Shown here: positions 37,333-45,841 of the stretch, one piece after another | Position numbering within the stretch: position 1 is the first letter of the stretch | How the letters are laid out: every line of letters starts with the position of its first letter | Assembly (NCBI GenBank): GCA_945877115.1 | Contig: CAMCQR010000002.1 | Coordinates: 148 to 64,147, forward strand | Direction of reading: 5' to 3' | DNA: 64,000 nt | Source: Synechococcus sp. UW140 | GTDB taxonomy: Bacteria > Cyanobacteriota > Cyanobacteriia > PCC-6307 > Cyanobiaceae | Notes under the pieces: model-generated | What the model saw: only the letters and a program-made list of their open reading frames with translations | What the model was told of the DNA's origin: nothing | Databases searched by the model: none | Program-made: the position numbers and the translations under genes

Positions 37333-38401
37333 GGGGGGGCTCGAGTTGGTGCAGCAACGTCCTAGTGATCAAAGCGGGGCTGGAGGCCTCGGTGAGGGCC
37401 CTGACGACAGCGACCCGGGTGGCACCGGCGGTCTGGACCTCGGCCAGATTGTTGGCGTCGATGCCGCCGATGGCGAAGAAGGGGACCGGACATTCGTGGG
37501 CCGCAGCGGCCACATAAGCCAGGCCCACCGGCTCCCGACCCGGTTTTGTGGGGGTGGCCTGCACCGGGCCGACACCGACGTAGTCACAGCCATCCGCCAC
37601 GGCCTGGCGCAGTTCGGTAATGGCGTGGGTGCTGCAGCCGATCAGCCGTTCGGGTCCTAACAATCGCCGGGCCATGGGCACCGGCAGATCCCCCTGGCCG
37701 AGATGGACCCCATCGGCGTCGACGGCCAGGACGAGGTCGATGCGATCGTTGATCAGAAAAAGAGCGCCGTAATCCTGGCAAAGGCGACGCAGTTCCCGGG
37801 CCTGTTCCAAGCGCTGTCGGTCATCGAATTCGACCCCGTCCACCGTGAGCCCTGGCTTGGCGCGGTACTGCACCAGCCGCAGTCCGGCTTGGAGGCATTG
37901 CTCCACGATGGAGGCCAGCCCGGGTACCGGCGAAGTCACGAGATAGAGCCGACTGCTGGCCAGGCGGATGCGGCGATCATCCTTGCCCTTGCTGGCGCGC
38001 AGCAGGGCGACCTCAAGATCGTAGAGGCTGTACCGGCAGGTGGCGGCGGCGGCGGCCAGGTCGCCATCGACCAGTCGCCCGAATTCTTCGAGCACCCGCA
38101 GGGCTTCCTGGACCCGGGCGGCGTTGGCGGCGACGATCGCCGGGCCGTCGAGACGGCCGGCCTGGGCTGGGTGAGCCAGGCCCGTGGCCGGGTCGCCGGC
38201 GGCATCGCGGGCGAATTTATAACGCTCGCCATGGAGCAGGCCCAGGTGCTGGCGCAGATCCTTGCAGCGCCAGACAAGATCGGGCCGTTCCAGGGCAAAG
38301 CGGGCCCATTCCTCCATGACCCGCAACCCTTCTCGGGCGCGATCCAGGTTGGCGTCGATCAGGCGTTCAATCGGGGCCTGGGCCGCAGGGGGCAAGGACA
38401 T
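37319..38401 (-). CDS. thiE: Thiamine-phosphate synthase with cyanobacterial N-terminal extension
   Basis: RLIDANLDRAREGLRV N-domain; LYLVT, QYRAK, INDRIDL, GVHLGQGD, GCSTH, TPTKPG and FAIGGI motifs. Confidence 0.95.
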   Translation of the reverse strand: MSLPPAAQAPIERLIDANLDRAREGLRVMEEWARFALERPDLVWRCKDLRQHLGLLHGERYKFARDAAGDPATGLAHPAQAGRLDGPAIVAANAARVQEALRVLEEFGRLVDGDLAAAAATCRYSLYDLEVALLRASKGKDDRRIRLASSRLYLVTSPVPGLASIVEQCLQAGLRLVQYRAKPGLTVDGVEFDDRQRLEQARELRRLCQDYGALFLINDRIDLVLAVDADGVHLGQGDLPVPMARRLLGPERLIGCSTHAITELRQAVADGCDYVGVGPVQATPTKPGREPVGLAYVAAAAHECPVPFFAIGGIDANNLAEVQTAGATRVAVVRALTEASSPALITRTLLHQLEPPLEPA

Positions 38402-38483
38402 GGGGCTGGCGAGGGGCGCAGAAGAAGGGTTCTGGTCCCAATCGGCGGATCTGACTAGGCTGGAGGTCTAACGCCGAACCAGG

Positions 38484-38714
38484 ATGGCCGTCGAGTCGGG
38501 ACAACACGCCAACCCACCGTTGGCCACTGTCTACCAACCCAAAGGCGCTGGCGCCACGGTTTCCCGATCCTATGGGTCGGCCCCCGCCCCTTCTTCTGTG
38601 GGTACCATGGGGGGGGATAACCCAATGGGGGTTTTGATTTCAGGGATCCTGTTGCTTGGAGGCATCGCCCTGTTCATCGGTTGGGGACTCACCCACGCCT
38701 ATCCGACCACCTGA
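38484..38714 (+). CDS. Small single-TM membrane protein
   Basis: One hydrophobic helix (VLISGILLLGGIALFIGWGL). The true start may be the later MGGDNP. The 3' end overlaps ribF antisense. Confidence 0.5.
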   Translation: MAVESGQHANPPLATVYQPKGAGATVSRSYGSAPAPSSVGTMGGDNPMGVLISGILLLGGIALFIGWGLTHAYPTT

Positions 38715-39635
38715 TGCGGCGAGGATCTGGCGAGCCTCTTGGGCGTCCCTGCCGATCTGGTCAGTTAGTGCGGCCAGATCGGCAAAACGTTCCTGGCGGC
38801 GCAGCAGCCGGATTGGTTCGACCACCAGGCTGGCCCCCCCCAGATCCAGCTGGCGGTTCAGCAGGTGCACCTCCACGGCCGACGGGGCGGTGGGGTCAAT
38901 GGTGGGTTGGGGACCCAGGTTCATCACGGCGGCCATGGGCCCCTCCGATCCCCCCACCCTCCAGGCCCAAGCGGCGTAAACCCCCTCCAACGGAAGGAAC
39001 TTGCGACCATCCACCTGCAGATTGGCAGTGGGCCAGCCCAGCTGGCGCCCCAGGCCCCGCCCGGTTACCACCCGGCCCCGGAAGCGGTAGGGGCGATCGA
39101 GCAGTCGTCTGGCCTCCTCCAGATCCCCCCTGGATAGGGCTTGGCGGATGCGGCTACTGCTGAGCCGCTGGGACTGGTCCCACAGCATGGGCACTACCTC
39201 GACGGCAATGCCGTGGCGCCCTCCCAGCCGTACCAGATCGTGGCAATCGCCGCTGCGCTTGGCACCAAATCGGAAGTTTTCACCGACTGCGATGCGGCGG
39301 GCATCCAGTTGATGCCCCAACACCTCCTGCACAAAGGCGTCCGGGCTAAGGCTGGCCAAAGCCAGGGTGAAGGGCACGAGCACCAGCTGGCGGATGCCCA
39401 GGGGTTCGAGCAATTCGAGTTTTTCCTCTGGCATGTCCAGCCGCAGCCGGGTCTCCCCATGGAGGACCTCGCGGGGGTGGGGCCAGAAACTCACCACCGT
39501 CGGCACCAGCGGAGCTGGTCTGGGGCTGACGGCCGCGATGACACGGCGATGGCCGGCGTGCAGGCCATCGAAACTACCCAGCGCAATCGCAGTGGGCCTA
39601 AGGGCCTCGGAGGGCGTATGGAGGGAAATCACCAC
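38640..39635 (-). CDS. ribF: Bifunctional riboflavin kinase / FAD synthetase
   Basis: ALGSFDGLHAGH, VGENFRFG, LSSSRIR, GRGLGRQLGWPTAN and VEVHLL motifs. Confidence 0.95.
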   Translation of the reverse strand: MVISLHTPSEALRPTAIALGSFDGLHAGHRRVIAAVSPRPAPLVPTVVSFWPHPREVLHGETRLRLDMPEEKLELLEPLGIRQLVLVPFTLALASLSPDAFVQEVLGHQLDARRIAVGENFRFGAKRSGDCHDLVRLGGRHGIAVEVVPMLWDQSQRLSSSRIRQALSRGDLEEARRLLDRPYRFRGRVVTGRGLGRQLGWPTANLQVDGRKFLPLEGVYAAWAWRVGGSEGPMAAVMNLGPQPTIDPTAPSAVEVHLLNRQLDLGGASLVVEPIRLLRRQERFADLAALTDQIGRDAQEARQILAASGGRIGVGESPTDEQGDASKQQDP

Positions 39636-39716
39636 CGGTTCATCGGGATGGTCGAGCCCCGCTCTCGCCGACTTGATCCTTCCATGGCAAGTTTGGGAGA
39701 CTGCCCAGGGGCTTTC

Positions 39717-40295
39717 ATGGCCGATTCTGTTGATTTACAAACCATCTCCTTCGTCTTGCGCCGAGTTGGCTGGATTCGCTTCTGGACCCAGTTGGTGCTG
39801 GGCGTGGTGGTGGTCGGGGTCCTGACGTTTAACAGCATTGGTAGCCGTGTCGTCGCCAATGCTGATCGGGCCTTGGGTCTGGGTCCGGGGCTCTCGTTAT
39901 CCACCCTGTCGTTTTTCGTACTGCTCTGGAGTCTCTGGCAGGGCTGGTTGGTGGTCCGCTGCGGGCGGGCCTTGGCCAGTCCGGTGAAGCCCAGCAAGGG
40001 GGAGACCAGCCGATTGATCAAAAGGGGTCTGATCGCAGACCTGATCGGCCTCACCCTGGCTGCGGTTGGGTACCAGGCCTTAGCTGGCAGCCTATTTCTG
40101 CAAGCCTCGCTCCAGGCTCCGGGCCTGTTTGGACCCATGGTGGCCCCGGGGATGGGCCAGGGGGCCGTTAGCACTTTCCCGATTACCTCAATCGAGATGC
40201 TCTCGGTGTTGAGCAACACCCAGGTGTTGTTCGCCCACCTGATTGGCCTGGGCTTCACCCTCTGGATGCTGCAGAGGATCCACCGTCGGGCCTGA
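39717..40295 (+). CDS. DUF3611-like membrane protein
   Basis: [23 protein letters not shown] and SNTQVLFAH. The upstream part of the track ORF is antisense to ribF. Confidence 0.75.
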   Translation: MADSVDLQTISFVLRRVGWIRFWTQLVLGVVVVGVLTFNSIGSRVVANADRALGLGPGLSLSTLSFFVLLWSLWQGWLVVRCGRALASPVKPSKGETSRLIKRGLIADLIGLTLAAVGYQALAGSLFLQASLQAPGLFGPMVAPGMGQGAVSTFPITSIEMLSVLSNTQVLFAHLIGLGFTLWMLQRIHRRA

Positions 40296-41094
40296 ACCCG
40301 GTCAGGGCGATAGCGGGGGGCAAGGAGCTGGCCTCCCCCCGCCAGAACAGCTCCGGTTGTAGAGGGGTCAGGGAGGCGCCGCCCTCGGCGATCCACGCAA
40401 CATCCGTGGGCCATTCCGCCGGGTCTGGCAGGGCCGCCTCGCTGTCATCGGCCACCTCACCGGCAAGCCAGTAGTAGGTGCGCCCCCGGGGATCCTGGCG
40501 CCGGTCGAATTGATCCACATAGCGCCGAACCGCCGTACGGCACCAACGCAGCGGACCGATTTCGGCGGCAGGCCGGGCGGGGACGTTGAGATTGAGCAGC
40601 AGGCCCGGTCGCCATGGGTGGCCAAGCATGGCCTCGGCCACATCGAGGGCCATCACGGCGGCGGCCCCGAACTGGCGCCACTGGAAGTCGGCGCTGCTGA
40701 CGGCCAGGGCGGGGAAGCCTTCGATGGCCCCTTCCATGGCCGCCGAGACGGTGCCGGAATAGAGGACGTCGGTGCCGAGGTTGGGGCCGTGGTTGATGCC
40801 CGAGAGCACCAGATCGGGGGGCTGCTCCATCAGACTGAACAGGGCCAGCTTGACGCAGTCGGAGGGGGTGCCGCTGCAGGCCCAGGCGGTGACACCCGCG
40901 GCAAACAGCTCGTCGGCCCGCTCCGCCCGGATGGGGCTTTGCAAGGTGAGGCCATGGCCCGTGGCGGACCGTTCCTGGTCGGGGCAGACCACGGTGACCC
41001 GGTGACCACGGCCTACGGCTTCGGCCGCCAAGGCCTGGATTCCCTTGGCGAAAACGCCGTCGTCATTGCTGATCAGGATGCTTAAACCAGCCAT
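40255..41094 (-). CDS. surE: 5'/3'-nucleotidase SurE
   Basis: [26 protein letters not shown] and [25 protein letters not shown] motifs. Confidence 0.96.
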   Translation of the reverse strand: MAGLSILISNDDGVFAKGIQALAAEAVGRGHRVTVVCPDQERSATGHGLTLQSPIRAERADELFAAGVTAWACSGTPSDCVKLALFSLMEQPPDLVLSGINHGPNLGTDVLYSGTVSAAMEGAIEGFPALAVSSADFQWRQFGAAAVMALDVAEAMLGHPWRPGLLLNLNVPARPAAEIGPLRWCRTAVRRYVDQFDRRQDPRGRTYYWLAGEVADDSEAALPDPAEWPTDVAWIAEGGASLTPLQPELFWRGEASSLPPAIALTGFRPDGGSSAASRG

Positions 41095-41140
41095 GGTCGG
41101 GCCCGGAACTCCCGCACCGTAGGTGCAGCCCGCAGCTTCC

Positions 41141-41146
41141 TACAGT
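41141..41146 (+). promoter_or_regulatory. Putative -10 element (TACAGT) for pheS
   Basis: TAnnnT hexamer 22 nt upstream of the GTG start in the surE/pheS divergent gap; no clear -35. Confidence 0.3.
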
Positions 41147-41168
41147 TCGATTCTGTTTTCCTTCCGCC

Positions 41169-42176
41169 GTGAGCGCCACCGTCAGCCTGCAGCAGCTCAC
41201 CGACCAGTTGGCGGATCTGGAATCCGAGTCGGTGGAGGCGATTGACGCCGCCGCCACGGAGACTGATCTCGAGGCATTCCGCGTCAGCCTGCTGGGAAAG
41301 AAGGGCCGCCTTTCGGCCATTCTGGGCAGCATGGGCCGGCTAGGGCCCGATGAACGTCCTTTAGTGGGCCAGCGGGCCAATGGGCTCAAAGAACGGGTCC
41401 AGGCCCAGCTGGAGGACCGCATGGATCGGCTGCGGTCGTCCGCCATGGCGGATCGATTGGAACGGGAACGGCTGGATGTCACGGCACCACCGAGCTTCAT
41501 CCCACCCGGCCATCGCCATCCGCTGATCGCCACGACCGAAGAAATCGTCGATATCTTTGCCGGGCTTGGCTACCGCGTGTCCGAGGGGCCGGAGATCGAA
41601 AGCGATCACTACAACTTCACCGCCCTCAACATCCCGCCCAATCATCCGGCCCGGGATATGCAAGACACCTTCTACCTGGGGGCTGATCGGCTGCTGCGCA
41701 CCCACACTTCCCCCGTCCAGATCCGTCACCTGGAGGCCCACGCCCCGCCGGTGCGCATCGTTGTGCCGGGTCGGGTCTACCGCCGCGATGCCGTTGATGC
41801 CACCCATTCGCCCGTGTTCCATCAGGTCGAGGTGTTGGCCCTCGATGAAGGCCTGGATTTCAGCCATCTGCGCGGCACCGTGATGGCCTTTCTGAATGCC
41901 TTTTTCGGTGACCTGCCGGTGCGTTTTCGGGCCAGTTATTTCCCCTTCACCGAGCCCTCAGCCGAGGTGGATGTGCAGTGGCGCGGCCGCTGGCTTGAGG
42001 TGATGGGCTGTGGCATGGTCGATCCTGCAGTTCTTGAGGGTCTGGGTCTGGATCCTCAACGCTGGAGTGGTTTTGCCGCTGGACTGGGGGTCGAGCGCTT
42101 CTGCATGGTGCGCCACGGCATCGATGACATCCGGCGTCTGTTCACCAGTGATTTGCGCTTTCTGGAGCAGTTCTGA
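41169..42176 (+). CDS. pheS: Phenylalanine--tRNA ligase alpha subunit
   Basis: [43 protein letters not shown] and FAAGLGVER motifs. Confidence 0.98.
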   Translation: MSATVSLQQLTDQLADLESESVEAIDAAATETDLEAFRVSLLGKKGRLSAILGSMGRLGPDERPLVGQRANGLKERVQAQLEDRMDRLRSSAMADRLERERLDVTAPPSFIPPGHRHPLIATTEEIVDIFAGLGYRVSEGPEIESDHYNFTALNIPPNHPARDMQDTFYLGADRLLRTHTSPVQIRHLEAHAPPVRIVVPGRVYRRDAVDATHSPVFHQVEVLALDEGLDFSHLRGTVMAFLNAFFGDLPVRFRASYFPFTEPSAEVDVQWRGRWLEVMGCGMVDPAVLEGLGLDPQRWSGFAAGLGVERFCMVRHGIDDIRRLFTSDLRFLEQF

Positions 42177-42195
42177 TGGTGCTAATACACTCGAA

Positions 42196-43173
42196 ATGGC
42201 TTCTTGCCTCCAGTCAGTGCCCCGGGTCGGTCTGATCGTCAATGACGGCAAGCCTTTGGCGCTGGCCACCGCCGAGGCCATCGAGGCCAGCCTGACTGCG
42301 TCGGGCTTTGAGGTGCTGCGGGTCAGCAGTTCCGGTGGAGTGGTGGGATTTGCCAATCCGGACCAGCATCTGAGGGCAAGGGGCTATGCCGCCTGTGTCC
42401 CGGCCGGATTCGACGGCGACATGACCATGGCCCTGGTCCTGGGTGGCGATGGCACGGTGCTCTCGGCGGCCCGCCAGACCGCCCCTGTCGGTGTCCCGAT
42501 CCTCACGATCAATACCGGTCACCTGGGGTTTTTGGCCGAGGCCTATCTCCAGGATCTCGATGAGGTGCTCAGCAGGGTGGTGGCGGGCCGGTGGTCCATC
42601 GAGGAGCGCTCGATGCTGGTCGTGACCGTATTGAGGGGGGAGCAGCGGCGTTGGGAGGTGTTGTGTCTCAACGAAATGGCCCTGCACCGGGAACCCCTGA
42701 CCAGCATGTGTCACTTTGAGATCGCCATTGGACGTCATGCCCCCGTGGACATCGCCGCCGATGGGGTGATTCTTTCTTCCCCGACCGGATCCACGGCCTA
42801 TGCGCTCAGTGCCGGGGGTCCGGTGATTACCCCCGACTGTCCCGTCCTGCAGCTGACCCCCATTGCCGCCCACTCCCTGGCCTCCAGGGCGCTGGTGTTC
42901 AGCGATCGGGAGCCGGTCACGGTTTTCCCGGCCACCCCCGAGCGCCTGATGATGGTGGTTGATGGCAGTGCCGGTTGTTACGTCTGGCCCGAGGATCGGG
43001 TCCTGATTCGCCGCAGTGACCATCCGGTGCGTTTTGTGCGGTTGGCCGATCACGAGTTTTTCCAGGTGTTACGCAACAAGCTCGGTTGGGGCCTGCCCCA
43101 CGTGGCCAAGCCCGGAAATGGCCTGGACCCCCCCGAAATGGCGGGCCGGGGGGGGGCTGGTGAGGGGAGATGA
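42196..43173 (+). CDS. nadK: NAD+ kinase
   Basis: [21 protein letters not shown] and [21 protein letters not shown] motifs. Confidence 0.96.
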   Translation: MASCLQSVPRVGLIVNDGKPLALATAEAIEASLTASGFEVLRVSSSGGVVGFANPDQHLRARGYAACVPAGFDGDMTMALVLGGDGTVLSAARQTAPVGVPILTINTGHLGFLAEAYLQDLDEVLSRVVAGRWSIEERSMLVVTVLRGEQRRWEVLCLNEMALHREPLTSMCHFEIAIGRHAPVDIAADGVILSSPTGSTAYALSAGGPVITPDCPVLQLTPIAAHSLASRALVFSDREPVTVFPATPERLMMVVDGSAGCYVWPEDRVLIRRSDHPVRFVRLADHEFFQVLRNKLGWGLPHVAKPGNGLDPPEMAGRGGAGEGR

Positions 43174-43943
43174 TCCAAGCCGCCGCTTTGGCTTGTCCGA
43201 TCCTGTTGGTGGGTCCGGAGGCGACCGCCCTGGGGCCCCGGCTTGATCTCACCGGTTATTCGAGCCTGGTGGTCGACGATGTTGGCGTGACGCCTTTTGT
43301 GGAATGGGTGGCTGATCGGGATCCTCCGGCGGCCGTGATCCTTTCGCCCCATTACGCGGACCGGATTCCCGATTTGAGGCGTTGTTGGGGTTCGGTGGTG
43401 GTGCTGCTCGGGTTGGACCGGGACGGGATGTTGGAGCGGGCACGGTGCCTGGCCAGCGGCGCCGACGATTTCTGGTTAACCACCTCCGGCCCCAGTGAGC
43501 TGTTGACCCGACTGCGTTTGCACCTAGAGATGGGGCGTCGCCGTTCCCCGGTTGCTCCGCTCCCAACTGCCGATCCCCGGGCCTTCGCCCCCAGGACCAG
43601 GGATCCAGCACCGGAGGCGGATCTGCGTTTGGCGGACCTGCGCCTTGAGCCCACATCTGGAACGGTCTGGAGGGGATCGCGGTCGATCGGTTTAACGGCT
43701 CGCGAATACCAGTTGTTGCTTTTTTTCCTACGCCATTCTGGCGAGGTGATCAGCCGCGACAAGATTTTGAAGATGGTTTGGGGCCCCTCCGAATCCTGTG
43801 GCAGCAACGTGATTGATGTCTACGTGCGCTATTTGCGGCAGAAGCTGGAGGCCGGCGGGGAGCGTCGCCTGCTCCAGACCGTGCGTGGCCAGGGCTATGT
43901 GCTGGCGGAGCCGTTGTTGCCCCCCCAATCGGAGGAGCCATGA
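43170..43943 (+). CDS. OmpR-family regulator with degenerate (pseudo-) receiver domain, NblR-like
   Basis: Winged helix LTAREYQLL...[16 protein letters not shown]...[10 protein letters not shown]. The receiver lacks the acidic pocket, phospho-Asp and Lys. Confidence 0.8.
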   Translation: MIQAAALACPILLVGPEATALGPRLDLTGYSSLVVDDVGVTPFVEWVADRDPPAAVILSPHYADRIPDLRRCWGSVVVLLGLDRDGMLERARCLASGADDFWLTTSGPSELLTRLRLHLEMGRRRSPVAPLPTADPRAFAPRTRDPAPEADLRLADLRLEPTSGTVWRGSRSIGLTAREYQLLLFFLRHSGEVISRDKILKMVWGPSESCGSNVIDVYVRYLRQKLEAGGERRLLQTVRGQGYVLAEPLLPPQSEEP

Positions 43944-44518
43944 GCCCTCCTGGACCAAGAGTTCCTGCCCGTGTCTTCTGGGTGGGGTTGCTGGCCCTGG
44001 CGCCTTGGCTGCTGGTTCCGCAAGGTTGGGCGCGGGATTTTGGCGTTTCGTCACCGAGCCTGAGCCAGCCTCCCCAGTATCTGCCGATCAAGGCCCGTTG
44101 GTGCCTGGCAGCACTCGCAGGAGCGTCGGCTCCTTCCGGGTCCGCTGCCCTGCCCAAGGCCGTTCAGAGCCCCCCCCCTTGCCTGGCCCTGGAGGTCCCT
44201 GCAACCGAGCGTCAATACGCTTGGGGTCTACAGATGCGCCCGCCCCTGCTGCCCTTGCATGGCATGTGGTTTGCCTTTCAACCGCCTAACCCGGCCCGTT
44301 TTTGGATGCATCGCACCCTGGCCCCCCTGGACATCGTGTTTGTGCGCGGGGGTGTTGTCACCAGCATTGTGGCCGCCGCCCCCCCCTGCTGGCACCTGCC
44401 CTGCCGCACCTACGGATCTGGAGATCTGGTGGATGGCGTGCTCGAGATCGGTGCCGGCGAAGCGGTCCGCCTCGGCATCCGGGTGGGGACCCCGGTTGAG
44501 ATCCGCCCCCTGTCCTGA
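43940..44518 (+). CDS. DUF192 family protein
   Basis: LEVPATERQYAWGLQMR, GMWFAF, FWMHRTLAPLDIVF and VLEIGAG motifs. Confidence 0.85.
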   Translation: MSPPGPRVPARVFWVGLLALAPWLLVPQGWARDFGVSSPSLSQPPQYLPIKARWCLAALAGASAPSGSAALPKAVQSPPPCLALEVPATERQYAWGLQMRPPLLPLHGMWFAFQPPNPARFWMHRTLAPLDIVFVRGGVVTSIVAAAPPCWHLPCRTYGSGDLVDGVLEIGAGEAVRLGIRVGTPVEIRPLS

Positions 44519-44527
44519 CTTCCCGCT

Positions 44528-45841
44528 TCAGGTCCGCCGTCCCCGCAGGACCAGGACGGGATTGAGCGGCATCAGGCGGGTGCCATCGCCCAGGGGGGTG
44601 CCACGCCAGGCCTGGAGTTGGCTGATCCCCACCCGCAGGCCTGCCTGCTCCATGGCTTGGCGCACCGGTGCCAGGGCCTCCAGTGTGGCCAGGGGAACGA
44701 CCACGATCCCATCAGGGCGTAATCGTTGCAGAACCGCCTTTAGAAGGGCGTCGCGACGGCGGCCGCCGCCGCCGATCAGCACCCGATCCGGATCGGGTAA
44801 ACCGGCCAGGGCTTCGGGTGCTTCGGCTTCGAGGATGCCGGCGGGGTTGACCTGCAGCCGAGCCGCATTGGCGCCAATCAAGGCCGCAGCCCCGGCCCGT
44901 CGTTCGATTGCCCAGAGCTGCAATTGGGGCCGCAGCCTCAGGGCCTCCAGTCCCACCGAACCCACCCCCGCTCCCACATCCCAGAACACCCCGCGCTCGG
45001 GCAACTCCAGGTCAGCCAACAGCTGAATCCGCACCTCTCGCTTGGTCATCAGACCCGGTTGGTCCTCGTGTTGCAACCACAGGCCGTCTTCGAGGCCAAA
45101 GAGGGGCAGCTTCTCCGGCGTAGGGGTCGCTGGAGCTACGGCGATCAACACCACCAGGTGCAACCGATCGAGGTCGTTGGGCAGGGGCTCACCGGGGGCC
45201 AAGTAGCGGAGCCGTTCGTCCGGGTGGCCGAGCCGTTCTGCCAGCCAGAATTGGTAGGCGGCCTCCAAGCCCGAACTGGCCAGAAGGCGCCGCACGCTCT
45301 GGGCCCCTCCTTGGTCTGGATCGCAGAGCACCCCCAGCGCCGGGGGGCGCTGCTGCAGGACCTGGGCCAGGGGTTCGGGATCGCGGCCATGCAGGCTGAC
45401 CCAGCGGGCGTCTTGCCAGGGCCTTCCCAGGCGGGCGAAGGCCAGCTGTAGGGAGGTCGGGGCGGGATGGAAGCGCAGGCAGGCGGGGGGCAGATGCTGC
45501 AGCAGCATTCGGCCGATGCCAAACCAGAGGGGATCGCCGCTGGCCAGCACGATCACTGATTCCCGCCGGTCCAGGGCCTGGCGTAATCGGCCAAGCAGAG
45601 TATTTAGGCCGTCACTGGCCAGGAAGGTCGGCCCGCCCCCAAGGGAAAGTGCCGTCACCTGCCGTTTCAGATCATCGAGGAGTCGGGCGGGAGCCACGAC
45701 CAGATCGGCCTGGCCCAGGGCCTCCTGCCAGGCGTGGGTCAGACCGTTGAAACCGGAGGCATCACAGCCAACCACCTGGATCGGTGGGGGGGCAACCCCG
45801 TTGTCCTCAGACTGGGCGGCCACCGTTCTGGACGAAGTCAC
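44528..45841 (-). CDS. cbiET: Precorrin-6Y C5,15-methyltransferase (CbiE/CbiT fusion)
   Basis: VLASGDPLWFGIG, VSLHGR, GLMTKREVR, WDVGAGVGSV and PDRVLIGGG motifs. Confidence 0.93.
   Translation of the reverse strand: MTSSRTVAAQSEDNGVAPPPIQVVGCDASGFNGLTHAWQEALGQADLVVAPARLLDDLKRQVTALSLGGGPTFLASDGLNTLLGRLRQALDRRESVIVLASGDPLWFGIGRMLLQHLPPACLRFHPAPTSLQLAFARLGRPWQDARWVSLHGRDPEPLAQVLQQRPPALGVLCDPDQGGAQSVRRLLASSGLEAAYQFWLAERLGHPDERLRYLAPGEPLPNDLDRLHLVVLIAVAPATPTPEKLPLFGLEDGLWLQHEDQPGLMTKREVRIQLLADLELPERGVFWDVGAGVGSVGLEALRLRPQLQLWAIERRAGAAALIGANAARLQVNPAGILEAEAPEALAGLPDPDRVLIGGGGRRRDALLKAVLQRLRPDGIVVVPLATLEALAPVRQAMEQAGLRVGISQLQAWRGTPLGDGTRLMPLNPVLVLRGRRT

Noticed and set aside
37319-38401. ThiE with about 130 extra N-terminal residues
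   Set aside because: This is the usual cyanobacterial ThiE architecture and is not novel.
38402-38483. Possible TPP riboswitch upstream of thiE-thiS
   Set aside because: The gap is only about 80 nt and lacks the CUGAGA / AUACCUG-type TPP aptamer core.
43148-43156. G9 run near the nadK 3' end (also C/G runs near 37082 and 44170) as phase-variation tracts
   Set aside because: Short G/C runs are expected in high-GC Gly/Pro codons, the frames are intact and the genes are housekeeping or core.
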